Origin: Promethearchaeati archaeon
GTDB taxonomy: Archaea; Asgardarchaeota; Heimdallarchaeia; JABLTI01
Assembly: GCA_013166835.1 (NCBI GenBank)
Contig: JABLTI010000060.1
Coordinates: 1 to 16,685 of the forward strand
Direction of reading: 5' to 3'
DNA: 16,685 bases
This document shows positions 16,013 to 16,685 of this stretch, piece after piece. The notes under the pieces were generated by a model. The model made no database searches and was not told the DNA's origin. It saw nothing but the letters and a program-made list of their open reading frames with translations. The position numbers were made by a program, and so were the translations under genes. The first letter of the stretch is position 1. The number at the start of each line of letters is the position of its first letter.

Positions 16013-16627
16013 CTATATTATAGTATTTGCGAATTCTTCTTGTAAGTCAGCTTCGATTTTGTTAGTTAAATCTCGACGAAAAACGGGAGGAACTATTCGC
16101 AATTTAGTTATTAGCATATCTAGAATTTGATCTACTACATTTTTTATGTCAAATGGTTTCAATTCAGCTAAACCTTGAACTATGGATTCCTCCACGAAAA
16201 CTTTTACTACAGATGAAATTACTGCAAAAGTTATCCCATCTCTTTCAATATAGTACGGAAAGTTTTTCCTATCACGTAATGTGAAAAATTCTAGATTCTC
16301 AGTTATGGAGCTCACATACCAGTCTAGACTTGTCTCTGGAACTTTGAGTCTCTCAGCAAATTCCTTTTTTGAACTATGATTGGGATGAGAAGCAGGTAAT
16401 CTATTTACTATATACAAAGCAGCAGCATTCAAAGCTTTCTGGTCTCGAGGGAATCCTGCTTTTGTAATATACTTAGCTACTACTTTCAATGCAAAAATTT
16501 TGTAAGAATCCTTCACTGAACTTGAACTAAAGAAGTCATATGCATTTTTTAAGAATTTTATTGTCTCTTCAGGACTTGTGTGATCCCAAAGAAAGAGGTC
16601 TGTTTTCCCAAAAGTTTCAGCATTCAT
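16013..16627 (-). CDS. Hypothetical protein, possibly with a TFIIB/cyclin-like helical repeat in the N-terminal half
   Basis: 204-aa ORF with AAGGTAAGGTA upstream of the ATG. The segment ALKVVAKYITKAGFPRDQKALNAAALYIVNRLPASHPNHSSKKEFAERLKVPETSLDWYVSSITENL resembles a TFB/TFIIB cyclin repeat (...AAALYIA.R......Q.EIA...GV.E.T.R.....). No zinc ribbon is present. Confidence 0.5.
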   Translation of the reverse strand: MNAETFGKTDLFLWDHTSPEETIKFLKNAYDFFSSSSVKDSYKIFALKVVAKYITKAGFPRDQKALNAAALYIVNRLPASHPNHSSKKEFAERLKVPETSLDWYVSSITENLEFFTLRDRKNFPYYIERDGITFAVISSVVKVFVEESIVQGLAELKPFDIKNVVDQILDMLITKLRIVPPVFRRDLTNKIEADLQEEFANTII

Positions 16628-16685
16628 TACCTTACCCTTATTTCCAATAGAGGATTTCTCTTTTATGTTTTACGGCACTCGGAAA

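Noticed and set aside
1-16685. CRISPR arrays, transposases/integrases, box C/D sRNAs and rRNA
   Set aside because: A scan of intergenic spacers found no regularly spaced repeats. I found no RUGAUGA...CUGA pairs with suitable geometry. No recombinase-like ORFs are present. The spacers are short and look like ordinary promoter and terminator DNA.

Overview
AT-rich archaeal chromosomal segment with tightly packed genes: 14 complete CDSs, 1 CDS truncated at the left edge, and one tRNA-Asp(GUC). I saw no CRISPR array, transposase, integrase or long repeat. Most genes are housekeeping: archaeal-type glutamyl-tRNA synthetase, ADP-forming acetyl-CoA synthetase alpha and beta subunits (acdA-acdB operon), archaeal phosphopantetheine adenylyltransferase, family B DNA polymerase, TruA pseudouridine synthase and an APH-like kinase. 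Two proteins are eukaryote-like. One is a Rag/Gtr-type small GTPase fused to a roadblock domain, and its P-loop lysine and G3 aspartate are both replaced. The other, immediately upstream, is a CHMP1/Did2-like ESCRT-III protein with a C-terminal MIM1-like helix. Together with the archaeal core genes and low GC, this suggests an Asgard (Loki-like) archaeon; that attribution is an inference from motifs read by eye. Other points worth checking: (1) the PolB has PIP-box-like motifs at both extreme termini; (2) an HHxxxDG (condensation/CAT-superfamily) acyltransferase is probably co-transcribed with a zinc-ribbon polytopic membrane protein; (3) a NIF3-fold protein has lost all its metal-binding histidines; (4) a membrane protein is internally duplicated; (5) two frame problems sit at 7-nt homopolymers, one at the GluRS N-terminus and one at an A_AAA_AAC site after a small membrane ORF; (6) TAG is the stop codon for 9 of the 14 complete CDSs. 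All functional calls come from by-eye motif and homolog recall. No database search was run.
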